From positions 62,001-126,000 of the forward strand of contig NIVC01000591.1 of the NCBI GenBank assembly GCA_002269645.1: a stretch of DNA of 64,000 nt. Reading direction: 5' to 3'. Below, piece after piece: positions 12,677-24,318 of this stretch. Position numbers and translations under genes: made by a program. The notes under the pieces are model-generated. The model ran no database searches, was not told where the DNA came from, and worked only from the letters and a program-made list of their open reading frames with translations. This DNA comes from Macrostomum lignano. Taxonomy: Eukaryota. The first letter of the stretch is position 1, and every line of letters begins with the position of its first letter.

Positions 12677-13812
12677 CTACACAGCAATGAAGTCGAAGTC
12701 GAACTTGCTGGCGACGAGGCCGCTAGCGGTGCCGGCCGGTCCAAACAGCAGGCAGTCGCCGGATCCGGGAATGACCAGAGAGAAGAGGCAGTTTGGCTGC
12801 AGGTTCGCGCACCAGATCGTAAATGTCGTAAGATCGTAAATCGTAAATTCGTAAATGTGAATAAAAAAGATCGATGTTTGTAACTCATGTGACGTTCCTG
12901 TACATGGTGAGGTACCTGCCGGCAACGGGCTGTGTGCAGGTGATGTTGATTGAGTTTTTCTCAGCAGTCGAAAAATGATTGTAGTATTAGCAAATGTCAA
13001 ATAGGTCCTTGCTGAATGTAGTCCACACGCGGAGGGGTCGTTGGTGATGCCTGTTTTTGTAGATAAATTATTAGTGTAGGACTCTTATGTGTCTTTGAGC
13101 TCATTGAATTTAACATATCAGGATATCTAAGGTATGAATGATAGTGAAAATAATTGATTACTCCTGACTTAATGGGCAGATGTTCAACCGACAGCTCAGC
13201 CGCAGCTATTGCGCGGTGAATCTGAAGGCTGCGTATAGCTGCTCAGTCCAAGGACTGGGGGGTCGCCACCCACACCCTCAATTACCACAGGCTCCTCAGC
13301 TAATGCTGGCACCCATTTTACAACTTGGTGAACTGAAAGCAACGCTGAGCTAAGTGTCTTGCACAAGGACACAAATTGTACTAGTTTGGTCGAGATTCGA
13401 ACCTCGACCTTTCAGTGGTGACTCCGACGCCAGGTTACAATCCGCTAGGATATGAAATTTCTACCTTGTGTACGGTTTTTAGCTTGTGTGGTTCTGGAAG
13501 TGTTCTCTCTACATTTACATGTGGAGAAATTTCTAGCTGCTGACGCACCACTCTGAAAAATGGGATTCGCAAGGTGTCCTCCCCTATCAAATACGATCCT
13601 CCTGAACGATATGCATATCCAGACCAGAGCGCCAAAGATGACGTACGACTATTCCAAGTCCAGCATCAGCCAGGGTTGTCGGTCCAAATTATTGATGTGA
13701 ACCAGCATCCCACCGGTAAGGCCATCGTTGATCATTTTCGGTTGCGCTACTCCTGGGACCACAGGAGACGCCTTCACGGGCTTGTTCTTGAGCACTTTAA
13801 CCAGCTCAAAAC
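12677..13812 (-). pseudogene. F-type lectin-PAN pseudogene, copy B
   Basis: Exon 2 homolog from 13812 (GFELVKVLKNK...WLMLDLE*) has a TAG stop and loses homology at ~13618. Exon 3 homolog from ~13050 has TAA (DIC*). Exon 3 is fused to the last part of exon 4 (WCANLQPNCLFSLVIPGSGDCLLFGP) through a deletion. Confidence 0.85.
13170..13450 (-). mobile_element. tRNA-derived SINE with CORE (MIR-like) domain
   Basis: Minus strand shows an A-box-like TAGCGGATTG, B box GGTTCGAATC (13403-13392), then TGTGTCCTTGTGCAAGACACTTA...TCAGTT...TGTAAAATGGG, which resembles the CORE-SINE consensus (TGTGACCTTGGGCAAGTCACTTAAC...TGTAAAATGGG). Confidence 0.7.
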
Positions 13813-15334
13813 CTGCTGCATAAATTTCAGTAAAAATTAGAAATCGAATGGGAGAGGATAAAAATATGCCTAATATACAAATATTTCAGGAGCATTTAAC
13901 AGTCGTCTACCATGATCTACCATGACCTATCATGATGTGCCATGATCTAATATGATCTTACCAAGATCTAAGCTGCCTACCATTATCAACAATTATCTAC
14001 CCATAATCTATACCATGACCTACATTGTCCACCATTATCAACAAATATCTACCCATGATCTACCATGACCTACTATGATTTAACGAGGAAATTACGAGTA
14101 AACTAAATAGTGAAACGCTAGACGTCCTGTATGCAACCGTTCGGAAGCGGCATAAATTTAAAGTTTATTAAATTTGCAGAATTGCAGTAGAACTGACGAT
14201 CGCTGACTGACCACTGACGATAGCAAGATGACAACACAGTAGAGTCGCGATTCCTATGAACTTGTTAATGCCGTTTAATTTTCTTCGTACCAGCGTACAT
14301 GTACTCGTATCAACGTCAAAGCCAGTTTCGACATGCGCAAAAAAGTTTTAAGAAATTTTTCTTAGTTTTTCAAAGGACTCGAACTGATTCGCGATCGCCC
14401 CTTTCGTAGACGACTCAATTTTATCAGCTTTCAAGCTCTGCAGATAAATTCTCCACCGCTGTTGTTTATTTTTTCCTCTACTTTTGTTCAGTTGCCAAGG
14501 TGACACTTTCAAGACATGAGACAGCTTTTCTTACTGGCTGCAATTGACCAATTAGTAGGGGGAAGGGGGGCTCGGTGAAAGTTTTAAGTATCCGTCTTCG
14601 TGTCAGTTAGCATTTGTATTGGTATTTCAAGATCTGTCTTAGTAAAGCTAATAGATGAATAAAAATGTTGAATTAAAACACTTCCTTAGATACGATTTCA
14701 AGATAATAAAATTGGGCCAAACAAAATTGATTTTAGTTATATTAACTAAAATGGGGACGTATCAATTAATGGAATGTGGTTTGATTCGATGAGGGCATAA
14801 ATCTAATATCATTACATAAAATGTTGTTAAGACATCATTAAGACATCACTTCACTACCCACTCAGACCCTCAGTAGCGTTTTTATTGTATTTAGGATTGC
14901 CCCGTCTTTCTACTCATAATTAAAGTTGTAAAATTAGGCATAAAATAAGCATACGAGCGAAAGTTCAGATTTAGGTTGAGGCAAATTTATGGATATGTGA
15001 GAAATAATCAATATTGTTTCTGAGTTACTTCTTCGACGCAGTTTAACAAAAATAACGAAATATAGGGCCAAACGAATTCGCAAGAGCTACATGCATTATT
15101 TAATCATTCTTTAAAGAGCTATAATGAAATCAGGGCTCACAAATCGAGACAGTTACACCAGCTTCGCATTGATTCCTAAAGGGTAACACCGCTTGCACAT
15201 GTAGATAAAGGTGGATTAGCTTATTGGGCAAAATATTCTAAACATATTATTTTGAGAACATCGGAATAGGAAATGAGTGTGCAAAAATTTGTTTAACCTT
15301 GAATATTAAATTTGCAGTTTTTCTCCTTTTTGCT

Positions 15335-17677
15335 TCACCAGAAGTGACACTTTTTATCGTTAGCCAAGTACATTGGATCTCCCGGCTTGCAGTTGAACAC
15401 CCTGGCGAAGTCCTTCGACTGCATCACCTGGCCGTTCACTCTGGGATGCGGTGGCGAGTGAGAATAATTTTTTTGTCGAGAAATCAGAGCATCCATTTCC
15501 GCCTTGGTGCAGTGCAGCTGGGCCTGCTGGATGAAGAACAGCTGATCAGGTGTCAGGCCTGCCAATTTCTCTCCTGGAAGCATCTGAGGCCGATTCCCAG
15601 ACTTCAGCAATTTTGCTGCTCTGTTTCTGTAGGCTAGGAAAGCGGAATTGGTGCCAACAATATCGGCAAAATTTTCATCAAACTTTTGAACCTCTGCTTC
15701 CGTTTCCTCTTCCGAAATTTCGGATTTCGCGAACTCAGGATCGATGATCTGGCTGTAGAAATTAGCCAGACAGTCAGTTTTATTGCCGTACCGCAGCGCT
15801 GTGACATTGTCAAATATACGTTTCTGTTTGTTTCCAACACTAAATTTACTGACTAATCTATCGCAGCCGTGCCCGACCTCGTGGCCGATTATGTAGCCGA
15901 CGCCACCGTACAACAGGTAGTCAGGGTAGCCCTTCATGTAAATTTTGCTGAGCAGCAGGCCAAAGTAGATAAAAATCGAATTGTCGTATGGTGAATAATG
16001 AGCGTTGACAGTAAACATTCTTGTAAACATATCTTTTGGCATCATGTCCTGTTTGTCAGCTGTCGCAATCCAAAGTCGATTCTGAAGCTGAGTGCTTTTA
16101 AACTGCAAAACAACATCTCCAAATGTTCTGCTTTGATTAACTTGAGCAGCAACTTTTGAGTAGCCTTCGGTGAACTCGGACATGTTGAACTGGGGGTAGC
16201 CGACGGTGCTCCGCATGGCATCGATTCTCTTCTTAATTGCTGCCTTACTCGGCTGCTCAATCCACGCCTCGCTGTCCACATTCTCCCACATGGCCTCCTT
16301 GATGTCGCCGATTACCACTTTCACTGAGTTGAAGTCGTCTGTGACGAAGGCGCTGCTGAACATCTGCAAAGCCACTGGCGGCATGGAGCCCAGCATCATG
16401 TCCATGCACAGTCTCGAGCTGTTCCGGCCTTCTTTCTCATGAATGAGATACTTTTGTTGCCCGAAAAGGTTTTTAAAGAATTTAAACGATTCGTCTGGAA
16501 GAAAATTTGCTGCCGACAGTGCAGAGTCCAGGCGAATAAAGTCATAGTAGGGTCCCTGTCTGTGCTCCAGCTCCGTTGTGAGCTGCTCGAGTACAAAAAA
16601 TAATAGCGGGTACCTAATAATTTCAACTTTCATTGAGGGAGGTAACTTATTGGCTGAATACTTGCTCACAGCGCTGTAAAACTCCGTCCAGTTAAAGTTG
16701 AGATTTTCTGCCTCAACCTGAGTAAAATTCTGCAGCTGTTCCAGATGGTAAGGACCAACTTTCAAATACGATTCGCCTTTGTTTAACATTTGCTGAACTG
16801 CAGGCTTCATCTGATTTATACTAACAGTCAAATTCAGGTCTATGAGATCACTGAAATCTTCTAATGCAGAAATTCCGTCATTGAAAACATGATTCCAGGA
16901 TTTCAGGGTAGATAGGTAGTATGGTGACGAGTGCAATCTCAGACTCCGCTCCACCGAGCCTGGCGACAATCTGAACAGATCCGATGTACCGGTTATTACC
17001 AGTCTCGCTAGGAAGTCTTCAATGCCTGAGTAGCCCTCTAGAAAGTCCAACAAAGGTCTCACTAATGATTTCATGTCGAAAGGTCGTTCTCCAGTCTGCC
17101 AGCTGTTCGGGAGAAATTCCTCTTTCTTAGAATTCAGAACGCTGGAGCCGCGCCAATCCATGCAGGTCCCGTAGATGGATCGCAGAGTCTGGAACAGCTG
17201 CGCTTCGCTTGCGTCTCTGGGCTTGGACAAGTTCTTGAAGTACATCATCTCAAATAGATTTCCTTGAATGGAGTTGTCCTCCTGTAGTACTGAGCCCACA
17301 GTCTCGGCGGTGAAGGGGTGGGTTTTATGGAAACCGCCGCAGGCAAAGCTGTAGAAGTCTTGGCATGGGTCCGCAGATCGGTCGATGTGGCTCTGCAGCA
17401 GTGCGCTTGCACTTATGCAGGCCTCGCTGGTGCACAGGCTGGGCTGCTTGGGAGTGGCTGCTGCAGATAGCAGTTGGCCGGTAGCTGCTCCAGGTGGTAA
17501 CCGAGCTGTGCTGAGAGCGTAGAGCAGAACGAAAACTAGAAGCAGAAACGAAAGTACCGCTATTGCCAGGTACACAGACAGACGTCTAATTCGCTCGTGT
17601 AGAGTTGAACTCTCAACTCTAACGCAGTTCAAAATGCTCTGTTGAAAATTCAGCAATTTAAGGTACGAGTATGTCAT
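15335..17677 (-). CDS. Neprilysin/endothelin-converting enzyme-like M13 metallopeptidase, type II membrane, intronless ORF
   Basis: Uninterrupted ~780-aa frame with N-terminal TM (LAIAVLSFLLLVFVLLYAL), PCQDFYSFACG, VNAHY, HEVGH zinc motif, ENFADIVG third ligand, HSP..RV and terminal C-x-x-W. Start is uncertain (ATG at 17677 or 17704, or a spliced 5' exon at the TTTTCAACAG acceptor near 17641). Confidence 0.92.
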   Translation of the reverse strand: MTYSYLKLLNFQQSILNCVRVESSTLHERIRRLSVYLAIAVLSFLLLVFVLLYALSTARLPPGAATGQLLSAAATPKQPSLCTSEACISASALLQSHIDRSADPCQDFYSFACGGFHKTHPFTAETVGSVLQEDNSIQGNLFEMMYFKNLSKPRDASEAQLFQTLRSIYGTCMDWRGSSVLNSKKEEFLPNSWQTGERPFDMKSLVRPLLDFLEGYSGIEDFLARLVITGTSDLFRLSPGSVERSLRLHSSPYYLSTLKSWNHVFNDGISALEDFSDLIDLNLTVSINQMKPAVQQMLNKGESYLKVGPYHLEQLQNFTQVEAENLNFNWTEFYSAVSKYSANKLPPSMKVEIIRYPLLFFVLEQLTTELEHRQGPYYDFIRLDSALSAANFLPDESFKFFKNLFGQQKYLIHEKEGRNSSRLCMDMMLGSMPPVALQMFSSAFVTDDFNSVKVVIGDIKEAMWENVDSEAWIEQPSKAAIKKRIDAMRSTVGYPQFNMSEFTEGYSKVAAQVNQSRTFGDVVLQFKSTQLQNRLWIATADKQDMMPKDMFTRMFTVNAHYSPYDNSIFIYFGLLLSKIYMKGYPDYLLYGGVGYIIGHEVGHGCDRLVSKFSVGNKQKRIFDNVTALRYGNKTDCLANFYSQIIDPEFAKSEISEEETEAEVQKFDENFADIVGTNSAFLAYRNRAAKLLKSGNRPQMLPGEKLAGLTPDQLFFIQQAQLHCTKAEMDALISRQKNYSHSPPHPRVNGQVMQSKDFARVFNCKPGDPMYLANDKKCHFW

Positions 17678-20374
17678 TCGTAGTGTGTCGCATGTGCCAT
17701 ACATTTTCTTCCTGCATTTCCTTGCCACCTCTCAGACTCTGTGTTTGTGACTACCTGTGCGGTCTCGCTCCCTTGTCCTATCGTAATTCCCTTACAATTT
17801 CCTTCTTTATCCCCCCTGTGACTATGCCTGCCTTCCACATGTCCTTTTCCTGCCTCCATTTAAAGTTCCTTCAACCAGGACGGGTGGTCTGTGGCTGCCA
17901 TTCAATCTTCCAATCTCGAAACCTACTCCTCCAGGTAAGCCTTCGGGAAAGTAAGACCGGATACTATACAAGCTACAATGCAAATCTTACCATCGAACTT
18001 GCTCCAGCACTTGTATCAGTAGCCTTCATGACGAGATGCTTTCATTCGTTTTCTGTGACTGTTAGTAAAAAACGACTTATAGGTGTTTTTAAATCGACGA
18101 GCCAAAGGCAGTTTTATTTAATTGACGCAGCAAGAGAATGTAGCTATTCCAAAGTAGCGAAATAAATAGGATTAAAGCTACATGCATGCATACTTGGTTT
18201 TTATTTACTTATAATAACAGTCACAGTGTTAGTGACATCTAACCTGAGTGTTGGGCGTTGGTCCAAAACTCTTGTACGTCTAAATTTCGTATTTTATTTG
18301 CATTTTCGCCCCCCCCCCCACGGAGTCAGTATAGCACCATAGCTTTCGCGTCCAATGCTTCGATACCATCAGTCCGAAATATGTTGGTTTAATTACGAGC
18401 GTACATATTAGCGATAAGCTGAGATAGCATAATTTCTGCGTGAAACAAAGATGTTACAGCATCCTCATTCCCCCACCCCGCGCTCCAACCAATAAAGCTA
18501 CATCCTACATCGGTTCTTAAAAGCGATGTAACATTCTAACAGGCGAGTTCGAGTCCAGTCGAACTGATTTATACTGAACCCTGGCAAAGTATGCTGTGGC
18601 AGTTAAATTATGATTGTGGATTGTCATTGTGCTTTTTATCTTCCATTGTCTCCTTCTCGCATGTTGACAATGAAAGTTAATTATTATAGTAATTACGCTT
18701 CGTATAAAGCCTTGAGCTCGAAGAGTTATAAAGAAATATATATAATAAACTAATTATGCTGTGCTGATGAAAATTTACGACGCATTAAGCCACTCGAGGG
18801 ATAATTTGTCAAAATTTCGTGGACCCGACGTAATTATGATGTTAGGAAACATTAAGGGATTCTGAGAAAGTCACCAAAGCATTCGCTGTGACACATCGAC
18901 GCTCTCCAGCAGTCTTCTGAACGCAAAATTATGGTTTCGGTCGAGAAGACTTCAGTAAATTAGGGCTTTTCGCGTTGTTCAAAACATTTTGGCATCACAC
19001 TGGACTGCAGTGCTAGGCGTTCTTTTTTGTAATAGACTTTAGGACAAAAATAAAACTTCGCGCTTGACTCAACCTTTCAGTAGAGTTTTACTGCGTTCTG
19101 TGCTGCTACTTTTGAAATGTGTCAACAAGTTAATTGGATAAACATTGATGGGTTTCGGCCTTTTCGGCTCCTTTCGGGAAGCTTTTGGGCCCCAGGTCTC
19201 AGAAATAAATCAATTAGAGTCCTGGCCCCCCACTCCTGTCAGATGGTCAGCCCCATGGTAGCTTGATAGGTGACGAGCAGTCTAGGTCCTATAGCTAAGA
19301 GAGGGACAGCGAGAGACAAGCAGGGAGAATTTTAAAGGTAGAGATCAGCTAATCCGCAGATTAACTAACCCGCTGCCACCAGCCCGTGTGTCCTGGCTCA
19401 CCAAACCGGGACTTTCGAAATCGGGCTTCCGACTAGAGGGGGCTTTGCACTTATCCATGCCAACTAGTGTCTTTTTGCTGTCTATCTCAAAGTCATAGCC
19501 GATGATAAGGTACACTGCTGTGACTTAATCGCATTGGCCATGCAGGTACAGAGGGGACTTTTGCAGGGGATTCTTGCGGTGGCGAGTCTATGGGGTAGCT
19601 ACATGTACTATTACATTGCTAAATACGAAGAATTTTACTTTTGGCCTTCAACGCGCCAACTAGCCTCTCATAGCGCTGATGATAGGCTAACTCGAACATC
19701 AGAGACCGCATGATTCATTACCCGAGCCGCTTGGCGAACCTAGAGTGCACTATTATTTTGCATTATTGGCAATTTTTCTCACTGATTTGACAGATTGATC
19801 GACTGAGAACTGTCTTGCCATTGGTCCACTGTGACCGGCGCCTACTAGCTTAGCTACTCATCTGAGCTATCGGCGAACAAAGAAATAAAACCGATAGAAA
19901 TAACTGTCAGATTTAACCTTCTCACTGATTCACTTCACACCTCAGATTTAATTGGAGTTTCAGACTACTAACAGTATTATTAAGTGATTTCTGCCTCAGT
20001 AACAGCACTACTGAACAAAATGAGCAAAAGTGTGCGCCTAATCCAGCTACTGAAATAGGTGAAAGATAAGGGATCACCCAATCAAGCAAGTCTAGGTAGC
20101 CTCTAACCCAACCAATCAGAAACTCAACAGCCGGAGACCAGGTAATCCACAGTGACCGAATCGGCTTAGTGCTTCGCAGCTGTAGACCCGGGATGATGTT
20201 GATGTCACAACCTTCGCAGATAGCTAGCAGGTGATGTTCTAATCTTGATGTTCGCTGCTGACGACCGGGGGGATTCGTCCTTAATGATGATGGGGGAGTC
20301 GCGATCCGGGGATCAAGAGACGACGGTCGCGTGTAGCAGCCGGGTGTCAGGTGACAAGTGACCGGCCAAGTTGA

Positions 20375-20510
20375 AGTCCGAGCGGGCCAAAAACGCCGGT
20401 TTTTATAGCCGCCAACTGGTCCGCAATTTGTTATAATGAAACACCTCGACGCTGATTGGCTGAGCCGATTTTTTATAACTGATGTCGAATTTTCTGATTG
20501 GCTGAGCTTG
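20375..20510 (-). promoter_or_regulatory. Orphan Pol II promoter-like module (two CCAAT boxes + TATA), possibly an LTR U3 remnant
   Basis: 14-bp direct repeat CTGATTGGCTGAGC at 20452-20465 and 20494-20507 (AGCCAATCAG on minus) and TATAAAA on minus at 20407-20401, all co-oriented. Confidence 0.45.
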
Positions 20511-21134
20511 TTGCCAACCAAACTCACATGACCAGAAGATCCTATCAGTTCCCTTGGGGCCATTAAAATACGCCAGGTGCTGTCATAAATCACTCAAAAT
20601 CGCTACACAATGATTTATGACCTTTCGCGTAGGAGTGACAAAAATTAATGAAAAAATATACATTAGAAAGATCTTATTAAGTAGAAAGTGAAGGTGGTGA
20701 GAGAAATCCCTAATCGCTAATCCCATGGTACTTTTAGGAGTAAAACGCATAGCTGTCAAAGCTGTCAAACGCTTGAGTGAACACGAACAATAGGCCCTGA
20801 CCTCATAAATCTGATGGCCTGTCAAAGATGATGAGAAAAAAGCTACCGCCCGCATCCTCTCAAACCATCTGGCGCCAGCCTCAGCACTGAGTGAGGCGCA
20901 GGTGGCTGTCAGACCAGCTCAAAAGCAATGATTTATGACCCCAAAAGCAGCAAAAACCGCGCCTATGTTATTATGGCTACAAGTATGGGAGATTCATATA
21001 GCTACAAAAGTATGAATTCTAGAAAATTTACATAAAAAGAAGAAAAATGCCCATAGCCTGCTGTTAGTAGGCTAGCAAGTTTGGAACCATGCGCAAGCAT
21101 GAAATTTGGAAAAAAGGTGCGTCCTCATCAACAT

Positions 21135-22025
21135 TTTTAACATTACGGGAAACCAACAGTCATTAAATCTGGTGTACATAGATAATATATGACTTTGGAG
21201 TATTGGAAAAGCAAACTGCGGCGGAATTAGGAATCAGCTTTACTAGGGGTTTTCATTTTCAGCTCAAAAAATTATTATTGCTTTTGATAAAACGCAGATC
21301 CAGTGTTCATCTTTTGATATGTTTTACCATTCCTTTAGCTCTATTGAATATTAAAACCATAATCTTCTAAGCTAAAATCTTTATTATAAGTTAATTAGGT
21401 GTACGTTAAATGAAAGAGATGTAAAATTCTGTGGTTCTAATTGGGTTCACTTTTGTTTTTACAGTTTTCCGTATGGAAAAGTCAGGCTAGAATAAATACA
21501 AGCCGGGTGCTTTTTAATTATAGAAAAGATAAGATAATTTCATAGAAAATTCTAGAACTCGAGAATTTGAGCGCGGGAGTTTAAATGGCCAGCTAATATA
21601 GAACTTTGTTCACGCAGAAATTTCTAGAAAGGTACATACGTACGTACATGCTTACATGTCCTGTGTCCTATCTAATAAGGCTTGGCACAGCTCGACTCAT
21701 TCGCTTTATGAACCTATTTTATCATCTCTGCTACACATAATTGTTACATAATCAGCAAGGAATGATAAAACATATTAATAAAACTACGGCTAATGAGTCC
21801 AGTCGTGCTACTTTTAGGTCAGGACATGTACGATTGTGCTCATGACATAAAAAATTAACATGGAATCCACATTTTTTAATGGAAAGCTTTATGAATATCA
21901 ATAGAACAATATGAAAGGTACAACATATCAAAAGACGAACATGGGGTCTACATGCCTCCTATCAAAAGCAGTAACAATTTTTGTGCTGAAAAACTGAAAA
22001 AACCCTGTTTCCGTAATGTATTTTT
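21135..22025. mobile_element. Diverged foldback/MITE-like element with long imperfect inverted repeats
   Basis: 21135-21380 is the inverted homolog of 21860-22025 (ACATTACGG(G)AAAC; TTTTCAGC..AAAAATT.TTA.TGCTTTTGATA; TCTTTTGATATGTT). Termini and TSD not resolved. Confidence 0.5.
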
Positions 22026-22643
22026 CAGAGAAACCCAGTTTCCCGTACCTATTCTACTTAAGTAGTCACTGATGCTTACTCTTTATAAATTCGTGGCTTC
22101 ATATTTGAAAAAATGTTAAAAATATAAGTGACATTAGTGATAAGGAAAAACTTCAGTTGATTAAAAGCTTTAAAATGTCGGTAAAATCTATTCAAATTTA
22201 GTAAAAATTCTAGGGGATTCGTTAATAACAATTTTTTTAACAAATACCACACGTTCAAATCAAAACATGTGGATAATTTCTTGTAATAGTAAACAAAGTA
22301 TTTGAATAAATTAAAAAACTGTGATTCAAAAACAGAATATGATCATTCATCACAGGGCCGGAAAATCTCTTTATCAGTTAGACAGTGTAGACTCGTAGAT
22401 TTACATGCAAGTACATGCGATTTCAAAAATAGCTCGTTGTTCAGTTTAGGGCTCTAGAATAAAATAACCAAAGAATAACAAAAACCTAGAGCTATCATTT
22501 TTGAAATGATTAACTTGAATTTATATGATAGCATCTATCGATAAGGCTGACTTACAGAACAAACAAACTGTTAGCTTTCTTTTTAATATCTTGTCGTCTA
22601 TATTCAAAAACCGTTCTCGAACTGGTGTGCTCAGTAGCGAATT

Positions 22644-24318
22644 CTACACAGCGGTGATGTTGAAGTACTTGCTGGCTACGAGGCCGCTAGCGGTGCCGGT
22701 CGGTCCGAACAGCAGGCAGTCTCCGGATCCGGAAATGACCAGAGCGAAGAGGCAGTTTGGCTGCAGGTTCATGCACCAGATCAGACATTCCATGTTAGAC
22801 CTGAGCTGCCGCTGAGCCAGCAGGACGCTGGTGCCAGCAGTCAGGCTGAGCTGAGCATTTCTGTTGTAGAGAAGCGTGCCATTCGCCACTGCAGTGGAGT
22901 TTGAGTTTGGTAAGCATCTCTCACATCTTACCGGTAAGTGTAGCTGCAGCGTTTGAATTAAGAAAAAAAATCACTTACGAGCGAAAACGTCGATTTCGTA
23001 TATGTGAATGTATTTAAGGTTATCGTCAGTAATTCCCGTGACATTCATGTACATGGTGAGGTACCTGCCGGCAACAGGCTGCGTGCAGGTGATGTTGATT
23101 GGGTTTTCCTCAGCAGTTGGAACCTGTGTGTAGTAGTAGCAAATGTCGAATAGGTCCTTGTTGAATGTTGTCCACACAGAGGGGTTATTGGTGACGCCTG
23201 CATGTAAGAAGTGTATCAACAGCGATACAAAGTGTGAGCATACTGCTGAATAATGATGCTATAAGACGCATGGTGATTCAACGGTTTCCCGCAACAGGGG
23301 CGTCGCCCTAAATGGGTTTGGCCGTCTTGTTTGTTTGCGGGAAACATCACTAACCGATAAGACAAAATAGACGTCAATCCATTTTACTTTACAAATTCGC
23401 TTTTGCTTCGAATTCTTTGGAACATGCGTACATGTACGAGCGTACATGAATATACAATTAATAAGTTAGCTTCTAAAAGATTGTACTTTACTACGCGTAT
23501 ATGTATATGTAAATATCCGCAGAAAAAAGACGAAAGTGCATACCAAATTTGATTTGCGTAAATCGATGCGCCCACTCGTCGCGCCGGTTGTAAATTCGGG
23601 CGCTAAAGATGACGTAAGACTGCTCCAGGTCCAGCATTAGCCAGGGTTGCGGATCCAAACTATTGGTGTGAACCAGTAGTGTTGCATTGATGATGCCATC
23701 GTTGATAGCAATCGGTTGTGCAGTTCCCGGGCCTATGGAGGAAGCTTTCACAGACTTGTTCTTGGGCACTTGAACCAGCTCGAACCCTGACGCATTGATT
23801 TCAGCAGGAAGAACATGCACCGAAGCATAAATAAGATAAAATTATTTGCAACGTACATGTAGTTCACGAGCTCAAGAGGCTCAGAAAACAAAAAGGGTAC
23901 TGAATCTCTACAAATTGATCTGCCATGATTTTAACATGATCCAACTATGATCTGACGTGAGATTAATGAGGCCAACCCCCAAGGCACAGAGAGTGTACAT
24001 GCCTGACGATTAGAAAGTCGGAGCCGCTGTACACCCTGTGTGAGCTTGTTTGTGCTCAACAGGAGTCAGCGGAATGGTCAAAACTGCCTCAGCTCTGGTT
24101 ATCGGACGAAGTCGCCGAAGGTGAATTTCACTCGTATGTAACTGTGATCTACCGAAATTCAATAATTATACTACTTTCATCCAATTGAAATGTATGAAAT
24201 TTTGTTAAGGCCTGTGTACCTGCAAGGATGTAGCATTTTTCTCACCTCTAGCGGTCACGATAAGACAGCACAGCAGAATCGCGATTTGAAAGAGTTCATT
24301 GGAGATTTTTAAAAGCAT
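22644..24318 (-). CDS. Secreted F-type lectin + C-terminal PAN/apple-like protein, copy C (intact, 259 aa)
   Basis: Exons 24318-24246 (MLLKISNELFQIAILLCCLIVTAR), 23786-23544, 23197-22979 and 22888-22644, all GT-AG and phase 1; total 780 nt, open. F-lectin motif H-x27-R-x-D-x4-R (HTNSLD...NRRDEWAHR); PAN-like C-x3-C-x6-C-x11-C (ECLIWCMNLQPNCLFALVISGSGDCLLF). Confidence 0.88.
23970..24090 (+). mobile_element. Partial copy of the SINE family at 24860-25217
   Basis: Shares GCCAACCCCC.AAGGCACAG..AGTGTACATGCCT, GCCGCTGTACAC.C.TGTGTGAG and GGAGTC.GCGGAATGG with the reverse complement of ~24930-25080. Confidence 0.65.

Noticed and set aside
17671-18165. 164-aa plus-strand ORF beside neprilysin
   Set aside because: No recognisable features; pyrimidine-rich non-coding appearance.
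19145-19215. Hammerhead-ribozyme-like stretch on minus strand (GCTTCCCGAAAGGAGC...GGCCGAAAC)
   Set aside because: No correctly placed CUGANGA core; an Infernal search with hammerhead models would be needed to rescue it.
19922-20593. 223-aa minus-strand ORF
   Set aside because: No domain or gene-like codon pattern; it overlaps promoter-like, probably TE-derived sequence.
20582-20939. Possible MITE with 11-bp GTCATAAATCA inverted ends
   Set aside because: Short AT-rich match, a third copy inside, and no TSD.
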